Positions 27,711 through 37,371 of a DNA stretch of 54,842 nt are shown piece after piece. The translations under genes and the position numbers were made by a program. Positions within the stretch are counted from its first letter, which is position 1, and the number at the start of each line of letters is the position of its first letter. Under the pieces are notes generated by a model. It made no database searches. It saw nothing but the letters and a program-made list of their open reading frames with translations, and was not told where the DNA came from. Source of the DNA: Acidobacteriota bacterium (GTDB taxonomy: Bacteria; Acidobacteriota; UBA6911; RPQK01; JAJDTT01); assembly GCA_047514575.1 (NCBI GenBank), contig JAKZYH010000197.1, positions 1 through 54,842 of the forward strand, written 5' to 3'.

Positions 27711-30707
27711 TTAGTCGATATATAGGAACTCAGCCGAATTCAAGACCGTATGAGAGAGGGTTGCCAGCGCCAGCCACTGGCTCCGCGCCTGCCTGGGCTC
27801 GGCGGGCAATTCCTCCTCGAGATGCTTGATCCACTCAGTAGTCAGGTTGCGCAGAGTAGACTGAGCCCGGTCTGACTCCCGCGTCGAGGGAGGGCGGCTC
27901 AAGGCCGCCAGATAGACTCTTTCCACTTGCTTGGCGGCGTCCTCTCCCACAGCATCGATCACCCGTCCCGCCATGTAGCGAGAGCTCTTGCGGATCATCT
28001 CGCTGTTCATCATCTGTAGGGCCTGGGAAGGGACGGTGGAGTGGGTGCGGCGAAGGCAGTTGGGCCTGAGCTGAGGAGCGTCAAAGGTTTCGAGCATCGT
28101 CACCGGGGTCGAACGACGCTGTTTCAGGTAAATGCTGCGACGGTAGCCTTCGTCCGTCCCTTTTGCCACCACCTCACCATCGGATTTGACCTCCACTTCG
28201 TCGGGCGGACCAAACGCCCTCGGATCGAGCAGTCCCGCAGCCTTCAGGACCGAATCCCGGATGGCATCCCCATCAAGTCGGCGTAGCGGGAATCGGGAGA
28301 GCAGGATGTTATCGGGGTCTGCCCTTTCTGATTCGGCCCTCGAGAGGGAGCTTTGACGATAGGCACGAGAGGTCAGGATCAGGCGGTGCAGCGCCTTGAG
28401 GCTCCATTGGCGACGAACCAGCTCGGTAGCAAGCCAATCCAAAAGCTCGGGATGCGAGGGAGGTTTTCCCGCCCGCCCGAAGTTTCCCTCAGTGCTCACA
28501 ATCCCTACTCTGAAGTAGCGTTGCCAGATCCGGTTCACGATCACCCTCGAGGTCAGGGGATGGTTTGGTTGGATGAGCCATTTTGCCAGACCCAATCGCC
28601 GACCGCTGGTTTGGGTCGTCCAGCTTGGTTTCTCCACCCGGTAGTCCTCGAGGCCGGAGGTGAGTACGGCAGGGACGCCGGGATCTACCTGGCTTCCAGG
28701 ACTGCTTGCTAGACCTCGGTGAAGGATGTGGACCGGAGTCACCGGGTCGCCCATATCGAACAGGGCGCGAATCCTGGGGATGGGTTTGAGTTTCTTCTTG
28801 GCCTCGGCGATCGCTTCGGTCGTTTCGAGAGAGAGCTTCTTGAATGTTTCGAATCTCTCTTCCAATTCACCGGCCCGGATTGTGACTTCGGCTCCGAGCT
28901 TCTCCACGAGATACTTCTGAGTGCCGGTGCGCTCGCCATTGGGAGTTTCCAGGGCGGTGCGAACGTCTTTCCGGACCCCTGTCGGGATCGTGGCCCACTT
29001 TTCCTCTAGCAGCAGCTTCCGTAGAGGCCGGGCCTTGTCTTCGAGCTCCAGTTCCAGCTGCCTCATCTCTTCCTGGATGGGTACATTATGCTCTTCGATT
29101 GTTCGCACCTCCTCTTCCGGGACGCCGCTCAGGAATCGAGTGTTGGTTCCATCCCACTGAGCTTCGGGGCCGACCTCCGTCTCACTCGGAGAAAGCCAGT
29201 CATAGGGATCGTAGGCCGAGCGCAGAATGGCACTGAGACGGTAATAGTCGCGCTGCGGGATGGGATCGTATTTGTGGTCATGGCAGCGTGCGCAGCCCAC
29301 TGTCAGTCCCAAAACGGTGGAAGTCAGAATCTGTACCTGGTCTGCGACCACCTGTAGGCGCTCGGGAACGAAAGCCTGTGAAGTGCTGTAGGTACCGTCC
29401 GGACCCATGCGCAGAAACGCAGTCGCCACCAGCCTTTCGAGCTGCTCTGATGTGAGTGGGTTGCTTTTCTTGTAGTCAAAGAGTTCGTCACCGGCGATCT
29501 GCTCGAGCAAGAACTGATCGTAGGGTTTGTCGGCATTGAGAGAGCGGACCACATAGTCGCGATAACGCCAGGCATTGGGGCGGGGAGCATCTGCCGAGAC
29601 CTGCCCTTCCGAGTCCGCGTACCCCACTGCGTCCAACCAGTGGCGTCCCCAGTGCTCGCCGTATCCCGGTGAGTCGAGCAAGCGATCGACCAAACGCTGA
29701 TAAGCCCCAGGGACGGTGTCCTCGCGGTAGGCTAGCACCTCCTCCGGGCTTGGAGGTAGTCCCGTCACATCGAAGTGGGCGCGTCGCATCAGGGCCAGGG
29801 GTTCGGCTTCCGATGAAAAGGAGAGGCCTTTCTCCTCCAACCTTCTCAGCAGAAACGCGTCTATCGGAGTGAGACCGTCGTCCCGCAGGCCAACCTCTGG
29901 GACCTGAGGGCGCCGAGGCGGTTGGAACGACCAGAAACGGCGGTCCTCATCATTGACGAGGGGATCTTCCCGGGGATCAAATGACTCCGGTTCCACTTCT
30001 TCGAAGGGGGCGCCCGCCATGATCCAGCCGCGCAGTTTCTCGAGTTCCCCTGAAGTCACTGGTCGCACTGAAACCCGTGCCTGGTCTTTCAGAGGTGGCA
30101 TTTCCTCGGACAGGACGCGCTTGATGAGCAGGCTTTCGTCAGGTTTGCCCGGGACGATGGCAGGTCCGGAAGTCCCCCCCTTCAAGAGAGACGCACGAGA
30201 TCGGAGGTCAAGACCCCCTTCTTGCCTTCGCCTGCCATGGCAGAGGAGGCATTTGACGTTCAAAATGGTGACCGCAATTTCGCGTCCGCTGACCTCCGCG
30301 TGTTTCCCGATCTTGGGACTCGACTCTAGCTTCTCTCCCTGCCGCAGGGCCCCGGTTTCGATCCAGCGTCGGATAAGATGGTTTTGGTCTGAGGTCAGTT
30401 TGCCGTCCCCAGGCGGCATAGATCCGGAGCTGACTTTCTCCAACAACAGGCTTAGGAGCGGCTCCCCCGGGACCACTGCTGGGCCGGACTTCCCACCCTT
30501 CAGGATACTATCGCGAGACCGTAGGTCCAGGTCGGCCTGCAGCTGAGCACTACCGTGGCAAGCCAGGCAATTCGCCTCGAGAATGGGAGCAATTTCGGTC
30601 TCGAAGCGAGGATCTGTGTCGCTCTTTCCGAGCAAGATGGTCGGGTGGGAAGACACCAGAAGCGCCACAACCACGACTCGGGAAATCCGGGCAAGAAACA
30701 TGATCAA
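27711..30707 (-). CDS. PSCyt (planctomycete cytochrome c) x2 + DUF1549 + DUF1553 protein
   Basis: 998 aa. Two haem-like motifs in PSCyt context (ILEANCLACHG, NVKCLLCHG). The long DUF1549/DUF1553-type body includes CARCHDHKYDP. Confidence 0.85.
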   Translation of the reverse strand: MIMFLARISRVVVVALLVSSHPTILLGKSDTDPRFETEIAPILEANCLACHGSAQLQADLDLRSRDSILKGGKSGPAVVPGEPLLSLLLEKVSSGSMPPGDGKLTSDQNHLIRRWIETGALRQGEKLESSPKIGKHAEVSGREIAVTILNVKCLLCHGRRRQEGGLDLRSRASLLKGGTSGPAIVPGKPDESLLIKRVLSEEMPPLKDQARVSVRPVTSGELEKLRGWIMAGAPFEEVEPESFDPREDPLVNDEDRRFWSFQPPRRPQVPEVGLRDDGLTPIDAFLLRRLEEKGLSFSSEAEPLALMRRAHFDVTGLPPSPEEVLAYREDTVPGAYQRLVDRLLDSPGYGEHWGRHWLDAVGYADSEGQVSADAPRPNAWRYRDYVVRSLNADKPYDQFLLEQIAGDELFDYKKSNPLTSEQLERLVATAFLRMGPDGTYSTSQAFVPERLQVVADQVQILTSTVLGLTVGCARCHDHKYDPIPQRDYYRLSAILRSAYDPYDWLSPSETEVGPEAQWDGTNTRFLSGVPEEEVRTIEEHNVPIQEEMRQLELELEDKARPLRKLLLEEKWATIPTGVRKDVRTALETPNGERTGTQKYLVEKLGAEVTIRAGELEERFETFKKLSLETTEAIAEAKKKLKPIPRIRALFDMGDPVTPVHILHRGLASSPGSQVDPGVPAVLTSGLEDYRVEKPSWTTQTSGRRLGLAKWLIQPNHPLTSRVIVNRIWQRYFRVGIVSTEGNFGRAGKPPSHPELLDWLATELVRRQWSLKALHRLILTSRAYRQSSLSRAESERADPDNILLSRFPLRRLDGDAIRDSVLKAAGLLDPRAFGPPDEVEVKSDGEVVAKGTDEGYRRSIYLKQRRSTPVTMLETFDAPQLRPNCLRRTHSTVPSQALQMMNSEMIRKSSRYMAGRVIDAVGEDAAKQVERVYLAALSRPPSTRESDRAQSTLRNLTTEWIKHLEEELPAEPRQARSQWLALATLSHTVLNSAEFLYID

Positions 30708-30876
30708 GTAGCCTGAGTCCTCGTTTCTTGATTCTACCTGAAGTCAGCCAGAAATGGACTAGAGAGTCGGGATTGGAGATACTGAAACACAAGGTGGCCC
30801 GGCGCGTAAAGTAGAAAAGGCGGCCTGGCCGTTTGTCGAGGCGTGTTTGGTCTTCCTGAAAACTGAGGTGAAGCCA

Positions 30877-31662
30877 ATGAAGAAAGTAGCGTTGGGAGTG
30901 GCAGCGATTTCGCTGCTGGCATTAACGCCCACCTGGGCAGGGAAATTCTGGGAGGAAGGCGATTTTCTCGAATGGACCGAGAAAGACGTGATCAAGATGC
31001 TCAACAAATCTCCCTGGGCACGCCAGGTCTCGATCAGTGTCCGGTCGACCGGTGGCCCGACTGGAACCACGCTTGGAACCGGACGTAGCGGCGCCAGAGC
31101 GCGCGTCGGCGGTATCGGCGGCGGCGGTGGTGGCGGCGGTGGTGGCCGTAGCGGTGGTGGTCGTAGCGGTGGTAGCGGCCCCGGTTTCCCTCCCTCCATG
31201 ACGCTGACGATCCGTTGGTATAGCGCCCAACCGGTAAAGAAGGCGGTGGCCAGAGCCCGTTTTGGGGATGCGGCAAACTCAGCCCCCGAGGCTCTCAAAC
31301 TATTGGAACCAGAGCTGACACATTACGTGATCGGCGTGTCTGGGCTTCCTGCGCGGATGGCACAAATGGACGAGGGGCGCCAGCGCTTTCTCTACGAGCA
31401 AATCAAGAAAGAAACCGTGCTCAAGATCAAGGGGCGTGATCCGATTCCAGCCCAGAATGTCGCCTTTGGAAGCGATCAGGCGCAATTGCTGGATGCCAAG
31501 ACCGGTCAGGCAGGCTTCGAGGTCTACATCTTTTTCTCCAAGGAGAACGAGATCACGCTCAAGGAGAAGAACGTCGAGTTCGTAACCCGGTTGATGGAAA
31601 GAAAGATCTCCAAGAAGTTCAAACTAAAGGATATGGTCTACCGCGGCGAGCTCGAGCTTTGA
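30877..31662 (+). CDS. secreted hypothetical protein with poly-Gly/RGG low-complexity insert
   Basis: Signal peptide MKKVALGVAAISLLALTPTWA (ATG 30877, GAGGTG upstream), a W..KDV..MLNKSPWA motif, and a GGIGGGGGGGGGGRSGGGRSGGSG tract encoded by GGY repeats. Confidence 0.65.
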   Translation: MKKVALGVAAISLLALTPTWAGKFWEEGDFLEWTEKDVIKMLNKSPWARQVSISVRSTGGPTGTTLGTGRSGARARVGGIGGGGGGGGGGRSGGGRSGGSGPGFPPSMTLTIRWYSAQPVKKAVARARFGDAANSAPEALKLLEPELTHYVIGVSGLPARMAQMDEGRQRFLYEQIKKETVLKIKGRDPIPAQNVAFGSDQAQLLDAKTGQAGFEVYIFFSKENEITLKEKNVEFVTRLMERKISKKFKLKDMVYRGELEL

Positions 31663-31684
31663 AGCGGGACTGAAACTTTGAAAT

Positions 31685-31744
31685 CCCAAGGTACAAGATA
31701 CAAGGTACAAACAAGCTCCAAATCACAAGCACCAAATTCCAAGC
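31685..31744 (+). repeat. CAAGATACAAG-type intergenic repeat, copy 1
   Basis: CCAAGGTACAAGATACAAGGTACAAACAAGCTCCAAATCACAAGCACCAAATTCCAAGC. Related units lie at 37123-37191 (reverse), 39074-39130 and 39191-39243 (reverse). Confidence 0.7.
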
Positions 31745-31888
31745 GATCGACTATCATCCCCCAACCCTGGCGATCCAACAGAGCCGCGAACGACTTGAAT
31801 CTTCGGCAATATGAGGCCAAGTTCCGGCCGTCGAGGACGACAAAGGTGGGAGCGAGCTGGACAACAGCAGAATCTCCCTTGCACTCGA

Positions 31889-31940
31889 CCTGAAAGTTTC
31901 CGCCGGAATGATCCAGCATGGCCGCTGGAAGTACTTACCG
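31889..31940 (+). repeat. degenerate TCGAATG-family unit
   Basis: CCTGAAAGTTTCCGCCGGAATGATCCAGCATGGCCGCTGGAAGTACTTACC shares AATGATCCAGC and flanking blocks with 54142-54202. Confidence 0.5.
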
Positions 31941-32038
31941 AAAACAGCTCGCCATCTTTGCCACGCCAGCTAGGTCGGCAGACGCTCTGACCGGAGCTCC
32001 TCCCTGATTGATTTGTTGCCCCCGAAAGAGTCCTCCCC

Positions 32039-32091
32039 TTGACTTTAAATTTAGATTAGGCTAAATATTTATTTTGTCGATAGAAATTATC
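32039..32091 (+). promoter_or_regulatory. candidate promoter TTGACT-17-TAAATA plus Fur-box-like palindrome GATAGAAATTATC
   Basis: -35 at 32039-32044, -10 at 32062-32067. The 6-1-6 palindrome at 32079-32091 compares with the Fur half-site pattern GATAAT-N-ATTATC (right arm 6/6, left 4/6). The stretch is AT-rich and unique in this window. Confidence 0.35.
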
Positions 32092-32107
32092 CGGGGGAAG
32101 CCGAACG

Positions 32108-33499
32108 ATGTGCCGTAGTAATCAAGTGATTCCATGGGTTCTTTCCTGTTTCCTGCTAGCCATTCAGGTGCAACCGTTGTGGGCCGAAGCGCACGAAGAC
32201 AAGGACAGGCTCAAGCGCCTCGAAGAGAGACTGGCTCGGCTGGAATCCAATCTAGAGCGATTGATCGATGTGCTCGTTACTCAATCCGAGGGCGAGCCCT
32301 CGCAAGAGGCTCGCACCCAGCTCCGCTCCCTTTCCGAGGATGTCCAGGCAATCAGGACCGAAGTTCCAACCGAGGCCGCGGAAGCCCCGAAGGAGGTCGC
32401 CGCGGCGGTGCTGGAACCGCCTACGGTGGAAACGGTGCCTGCTGACGCAGCCGACGAAATCATCAATGTGCCCTACTCGGGCTACATGGAGATGCATATC
32501 AACCACGACCAGATCAATCCCACCACCTTGGACTTCCACCGATTCGTTCTTCTGTTCGGACACGGCTTCGGTGAGCGGATCCGGTTCTGGTCGGAGTTGG
32601 AACTGGAGCATGCCTTCGTCGAGGGGGGGGAAGCGAGTGGTGAGCTGGAGCTGGAGCAGGCCTATCTGGATTTTCTTATCGACCCCAAGTTCAACTTCCG
32701 AGCAGGAATGGTGCTGACACCGATTGGGATTATCAACGAGCGGCACGAGCCTCCGGCCTTCCACGGAGTGGAGCGTCCCTTCGTAGACACGGTCATCATT
32801 CCCTCTACCTGGTTTGGCCCCGGGGCCGGACTCGTAGGGGATCTGGGTAATGGCCTGCACTACAAGACCTACGTCATGGGATCTCTGGACAGCTCGTTCT
32901 TCTCAGCTGATGAGGGATTTCGTGACGGTCGTCAGAAGGGCTTTCTGGAAAACGGTCGCAACCTGGCCTGGACTGGCCGTCTGGAGTATCGTCCCCGGCC
33001 CGGGCTCAACCTGGGAACCAGCTTCTGGACAGGGGAAACCGGGTTCAGTTTTCGGGATCTCGACGGTCGTCTGAAGATGTTCGAGTTCGACGCGCGCTAC
33101 CGGGTCGGAAGGTTTGAGGGTCGAGGTCAGTTTGTCACGACCCACCTGGGAGATGCTGCCGAGATCAACCAAGCCATTCGTCGGCAGGTCGGAATCAACC
33201 CTAACATCGCCCGCGAAATGCGAGGTTTCTATCTCGAGGGAGCATCCAGCCTGGTTCCCTCCACTTTTCCCCACGATGTGGTCGCTTTCTACCGCTACGA
33301 GAGCTTCGACACCCAGTATCGCATGCCTCGAGGGTTCTTCTCGTTGGAGCAGTTCGACCGTGCAGCTCATGTCCTGGGGCTCACCTACTTTCCCCATCCT
33401 GATATTGCTTTGAAAGCCGACTACAACGTGATGGGGAATTCCAGCGACTTGATCGAGGCCCTCAATCGCTGGAACTTTGGTATCGGATGGTGGTTTTGA
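32108..33499 (+). CDS. putative outer-membrane beta-barrel porin (phosphate-selective-porin-like) with N-terminal coiled coil
   Basis: Signal peptide, coiled coil DRLKRLEERLARLESNLERL, alternating beta-strand pattern, and a C-terminal aromatic terminus ..NFGIGWWF. Confidence 0.65.
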   Translation: MCRSNQVIPWVLSCFLLAIQVQPLWAEAHEDKDRLKRLEERLARLESNLERLIDVLVTQSEGEPSQEARTQLRSLSEDVQAIRTEVPTEAAEAPKEVAAAVLEPPTVETVPADAADEIINVPYSGYMEMHINHDQINPTTLDFHRFVLLFGHGFGERIRFWSELELEHAFVEGGEASGELELEQAYLDFLIDPKFNFRAGMVLTPIGIINERHEPPAFHGVERPFVDTVIIPSTWFGPGAGLVGDLGNGLHYKTYVMGSLDSSFFSADEGFRDGRQKGFLENGRNLAWTGRLEYRPRPGLNLGTSFWTGETGFSFRDLDGRLKMFEFDARYRVGRFEGRGQFVTTHLGDAAEINQAIRRQVGINPNIAREMRGFYLEGASSLVPSTFPHDVVAFYRYESFDTQYRMPRGFFSLEQFDRAAHVLGLTYFPHPDIALKADYNVMGNSSDLIEALNRWNFGIGWWF

Positions 33500-33514
33500 A
33501 GTCAGGAGTAATAG

Positions 33515-33886
33515 ATGAGATTCAGACAAATCGTGTTGGCAGCAATCCTTTTTTCGGTAGCCGTAGTTGGTGGAAACCCGTCCGAGTTGGTCGGGAAGTC
33601 GACGGAAAAGAAGAAGGTCAAGATCGTGGCGGAGCGCTTCTCTTTCACCCCCTCGACCATCAGGGTCGCACAGGGGACCCTGCTTGAGCTCGAGCTCAGC
33701 AGCGACGATACTTTTCACGGTTTTCGACTTCCCAAAGCCAACATCAACGTGACTATTCCGGCTCGCCGACGGGACAGTATCAAGGTCCTCTTTAATGCCC
33801 GGAAGCCGGGGAAGTACCCTTTTGAGTGTTCGCGGCCTTGTGGTGCCGGACACACCATGATGCGAGGCGTGATCATTGTCGAGTGA
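33515..33886 (+). CDS. small secreted cupredoxin with CuA-type ligand motif
   Basis: 123 aa with a signal peptide. Upstream His in DDTFHGF. CSRPCGAGHTMM equals C-x3-C-x3-H-x2-M, as in cytochrome oxidase subunit II / N2O reductase CuA sites. Confidence 0.75.
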   Translation: MRFRQIVLAAILFSVAVVGGNPSELVGKSTEKKKVKIVAERFSFTPSTIRVAQGTLLELELSSDDTFHGFRLPKANINVTIPARRRDSIKVLFNARKPGKYPFECSRPCGAGHTMMRGVIIVE

Positions 33887-33907
33887 GATACTCTGACAGG
33901 AGAAATT

Positions 33908-35113
33908 ATGCGAGCGATCTTGCAATTCATCTGCCTGCTTACAGCTGCGGTACTGGTCCTGGGGCAGAGCCCGCTGAAGCGTCAGCGGGCCCAGAAGGAG
34001 CCCACAGTATCGGGCACCCACTACGGCGAACCCATCCAGGGGATCCGCGGGGAAGAGTTCGAGTTGTTCCGGCTAGGCCTGGAGGATTCCCTGGAAGTGG
34101 AAGATGCCGAGGAAGGGCTGGGCCCGATTTTCAACGGCCGCTCCTGCGCCGAGTGCCACGCCAGTCCGCGGATCGGTGGGATCAGCACCATCAGCGAATT
34201 CCGTGCGGGTATCCTCAACCCCGATGGATCCTTTGAAGAGCCCGCAGGCGGAACCCTGATCCATCTCTTCTCGATTCCCCCCCACGAGACCCAGGCGGTC
34301 ATTCCACCAGGTGTCAACTCCGTCGCAAAAAGGAGACCCCTGCCCTTGTTTGGAGATGGTCTGGTGGAGGCAGTTTCAGATCAGACTCTGGTAGCTCTGG
34401 AAGATCCTCAAGATCTGGATGGGGATGGTATCAGTGGACGCGTGCATTGGGTGACGGATAAGGAGACCGGACAGCTTCGAGCGGGTAGATTTGGCTGGAA
34501 GGCCCAGCAATCGTCGCTCTTTACTTTCGGCGCCGAGGCTTACCGCAACGAAATGGGGATTACGAGTGAGCTTTTCCCCAACGAAATGTGCCCAGGTGGA
34601 GACTGCGAGATCATCGAACTTGTGGACCCGGTGCCCGATCCGGAAGACGGTCCGGAACGATCTACCGGATTGAGAGGTATAGATAACTTTGCCAACTTCA
34701 TGCGCCTGCTAGGCCCTCCTCCTCGGGGCGAGCAGAATGCCCAGACAGCGAGAGGGGAAGCGCTGTTCGCAGAAGTGCGCTGCACCGCCTGTCACGTTCC
34801 CTCCTTGATCACTGGGTCGAGCCCCTTCCCAGCCCTCAGTGGCAAACGCTTTTTACCCTATGGCGACTTCTTACTTCACGAAGTAGGCACTGGCGACGGA
34901 ATCCAGGACGGCGATGCCACTCCAGTGGAGGTCCGAACGATGCCGTTGTGGGGTTTGGGCGCCCGGGCCCCCTTTCTTCATGATGGGCGAGCCGCCAACA
35001 TCGAGCAGGCCATCGATTTCCATGCTGGCGAAGCAGAGACTAGTCGGCTGCTCTATCAGGACCTTACAGAAGAAGAGAGGCTGGACTTGCTGGCGTTTCT
35101 TAAGTCGCTCTGA
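33908..35113 (+). CDS. di-haem oxidoreductase family protein (DUF1111)
   Basis: Signal peptide, two CxxCH motifs (CAECH, CTACH), and family-typical blocks GRFGWKAQ and PLWGLG..PFLHDGRA. Confidence 0.85.
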   Translation: MRAILQFICLLTAAVLVLGQSPLKRQRAQKEPTVSGTHYGEPIQGIRGEEFELFRLGLEDSLEVEDAEEGLGPIFNGRSCAECHASPRIGGISTISEFRAGILNPDGSFEEPAGGTLIHLFSIPPHETQAVIPPGVNSVAKRRPLPLFGDGLVEAVSDQTLVALEDPQDLDGDGISGRVHWVTDKETGQLRAGRFGWKAQQSSLFTFGAEAYRNEMGITSELFPNEMCPGGDCEIIELVDPVPDPEDGPERSTGLRGIDNFANFMRLLGPPPRGEQNAQTARGEALFAEVRCTACHVPSLITGSSPFPALSGKRFLPYGDFLLHEVGTGDGIQDGDATPVEVRTMPLWGLGARAPFLHDGRAANIEQAIDFHAGEAETSRLLYQDLTEEERLDLLAFLKSL

Positions 35114-35151
35114 AACAGCGGGAACCAGCCCGGCGGCGGCGGGGGAGCGGC

Positions 35152-36993
35152 CTATACAGGTACCACCTCGTTCTTTCGGTCGCGCTTTTGTCGCTTGCGT
35201 TGCTTTGGGTCTAGTTCAATCTTGCGCATGCGGATGGCGATTGGCGTGATTTCTACCAACTCGTCGTCGTCGATGTACTCGAGTGCCTCCTCGAGTGAGT
35301 AGGTCCGGGCGCCCATCAGCCGGACCGAGAAATCCTTGTTTGACGACCGCATGTTGGTTAGATGTTTGGCTTTGGAAGCATTGACATCGATGTCGCTCTC
35401 ATGGCAGTGCTCGCCCACGATCTGGCCGGGGTAGATGCTTTCGCCAGGTGTGACCACGAACCTGCCACGGTCTTGTAGGTTGAACAGCGCGTATTCGGTT
35501 ACCCTGCCCGGATCGGAAGCGACACAGACCCCCCGGCTGCGGTGCCGAATCTCGCCGCGGAATGGTTCATATCTATCGAAGATGTGCGTGAAGGTCGCCG
35601 TTCCCTTGGTGCTGTTGAGAAGTTGGTTGCGCAGCCCGATCAAGCCCCGCGAGGGGCACTTGAACTCCAGGTGGGCAGCCTGACCGCGGGCGGCCATGCT
35701 TTTAAGGATCCCCCGTCGCCGACCGAGCAGTTCGATGACACGGCCTGCGTACTCTTCTTGGCAGTCGATTACCACCTCTTCCACGGGTTCACAGGTCTTG
35801 CCATCGATCGTCTTCATGATCACGTTGGGCTTGGAGACGGCCAGTTCATAGCCCTCTCGGCGCATGGTCTCGATCAGGATGCTCAGATGTAACAGACCCC
35901 GCCCGGAGACTTTCCAGCTGTCGGCAAGTCCGGTGTCCTCGACCGAAAGTGCTATGTTGGATCGCAGCTCCCGCTCCAGACGTTGACCCAACTGGCGGCT
36001 GGTGACGTATTTGCCCTCCTTGCCCGCGAAGGGCGAAGTGTTCACCAGGAAATTCATGGTGATCGTGGGCTCTTCAATGGCGATCCGGTGCATCGGTTTC
36101 GGTTGGTCTGGATTCGTCAAGGTATCGCCTATCGCGATATCTTCCAGCCCGGTGACGACTACGATGTCGCCGGATTCCACCCGGTCTCGGGCCGATTTTC
36201 CCAGCCCGTCGAACACTTCCAACTTGCCGATTTTGCCTGTGTGGCTGGCCGAAGTACCCTTGTCCAACCACACGGTTTGTCCGCTTTTCAGGTGCCCGTC
36301 GTAGATCCGGCCGATGCCCATGCGGCCCACGAACTCGTTGTATGCGATGTTGGCCACCTGCATCTGCAAGATGGCCTCGCTGTCGCCCCCGGGAGGGGGA
36401 ATCGTTTGGACGATGGTTTCGAACAGCGGTGCCAGTGTGCCCTCTTCCGAAACGGGTTCGAGGGACGCATATCCTCCTCGCCCGGACGCATACAGGACCG
36501 GGAAATCCAGCTGACTATCGTCCGCTTCCAGGTCGATGAAGAGCTCCAGGATTTCATCCAGCACGGCGGTGGCGCGCTGCTGGGGACGGTCCATCTTATT
36601 GATCACCACGATCGGAATCAGCTTGTGTTGCAGTGCTTTACGCAGGACAAACCGTGTTTGGGGCATGGGCCCTTCAAACGCGTCGACCAGCAACAGGACG
36701 CCATCGGCCATGCTGAGTACGCGTTCGACCTCGCCGCCGAAATCCGCGTGTCCAGGTGTGTCGATGATGTTGATCTTGGTGTCACGGTAGGTCAACGCGC
36801 AATTCTTGGCGAGGATCGTGATGCCGCGTTCCCGCTCCAGATCCTCGGAATCCATGATGCAGTCCTGGACCACCTGGTTGCTGCGGAAGAGGCCGCTTTG
36901 CCGCAGCATGCCGTCCACCAGGGTAGTCTTGCCGTGATCGACGTGTGCGATCAAGGCGATGTTGCGGATGGGTATGGTTGGGGAATTCGTCAT
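35152..36993 (-). CDS. typA: translational GTPase TypA/BipA
   Basis: [33 protein letters not shown] and NKMDR G-motifs. Start is set at ATG 36993 (613 aa). Confidence 0.95.
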   Translation of the reverse strand: MTNSPTIPIRNIALIAHVDHGKTTLVDGMLRQSGLFRSNQVVQDCIMDSEDLERERGITILAKNCALTYRDTKINIIDTPGHADFGGEVERVLSMADGVLLLVDAFEGPMPQTRFVLRKALQHKLIPIVVINKMDRPQQRATAVLDEILELFIDLEADDSQLDFPVLYASGRGGYASLEPVSEEGTLAPLFETIVQTIPPPGGDSEAILQMQVANIAYNEFVGRMGIGRIYDGHLKSGQTVWLDKGTSASHTGKIGKLEVFDGLGKSARDRVESGDIVVVTGLEDIAIGDTLTNPDQPKPMHRIAIEEPTITMNFLVNTSPFAGKEGKYVTSRQLGQRLERELRSNIALSVEDTGLADSWKVSGRGLLHLSILIETMRREGYELAVSKPNVIMKTIDGKTCEPVEEVVIDCQEEYAGRVIELLGRRRGILKSMAARGQAAHLEFKCPSRGLIGLRNQLLNSTKGTATFTHIFDRYEPFRGEIRHRSRGVCVASDPGRVTEYALFNLQDRGRFVVTPGESIYPGQIVGEHCHESDIDVNASKAKHLTNMRSSNKDFSVRLMGARTYSLEEALEYIDDDELVEITPIAIRMRKIELDPKQRKRQKRDRKNEVVPV

Positions 36994-37122
36994 GATTGGG
37001 TTCGCCAAAAGGGGATCGTGATCGTTGCTGTTCGCGGCACCGGCCGGCAACTGATCAGCGTCTCCTCGTCTCGCAGCAGAAGCTGATATTCTCCGGCCTC
37101 GCGGGTTCTACGCAGTTCGAAT

Positions 37123-37191
37123 GGAACTTGTTGGTATCCTGTCTCCTGTGTCTTGGTGCTTGGCTCTACGGTGCTTTGTCCCTGTTTCTAC
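37123..37191 (-). repeat. CAAGATACAAG-type repeat, reverse orientation, degenerate
   Basis: The reverse complement contains CCAAGCACCAAGACACAGGAGACAGGATACCAACAAGTTCC. It is preceded by a TTCGAATGG block from the other repeat family. Confidence 0.5.
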
Positions 37192-37371
37192 TTCTTATTC
37201 CTGAAAGATCGGACAGACCTCATCGCTTGTGTCTATCTCATCGGTAGTTAGTTTACCGTCAAACTGAGGAATCTGTGCTCTACCCTTCAAGATGGACTCG
37301 GTGGACTCGGGTGCCAGGACTTTCGGAGTCACCCCTCGCGGTGCCTCCCTGCGACAAGCGATGGGATCAGG

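Noticed and set aside
30759-31298. 179-aa minus-strand ORF with a poly-proline run
   Set aside because: It is the reverse complement of the GGY-encoded Gly tract of the secreted protein on the plus strand, which has an RBS and a signal peptide.
32623-32630. A second G8 tract, inside the porin gene, considered as a phase-variation site
   Set aside because: It is in frame (..VEGGEASG..) with no sign of disruption. At this GC content a few 8-nt G/C runs per 55 kb are expected by chance. It is noted only as context for the 45659-45666 tract.
32903-34021. 372-aa minus-strand ORF
   Set aside because: It is antisense to the porin, cupredoxin and DUF1111 genes, which have clear signal peptides and motifs. 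Its translation is Arg/Pro/Gly-rich with no recognisable domain. This is the typical shadow ORF of GC-rich DNA.
35983-37086. 367-aa plus-strand ORF
   Set aside because: It is antisense to typA, whose GTPase motifs are unambiguous. It is a shadow ORF.
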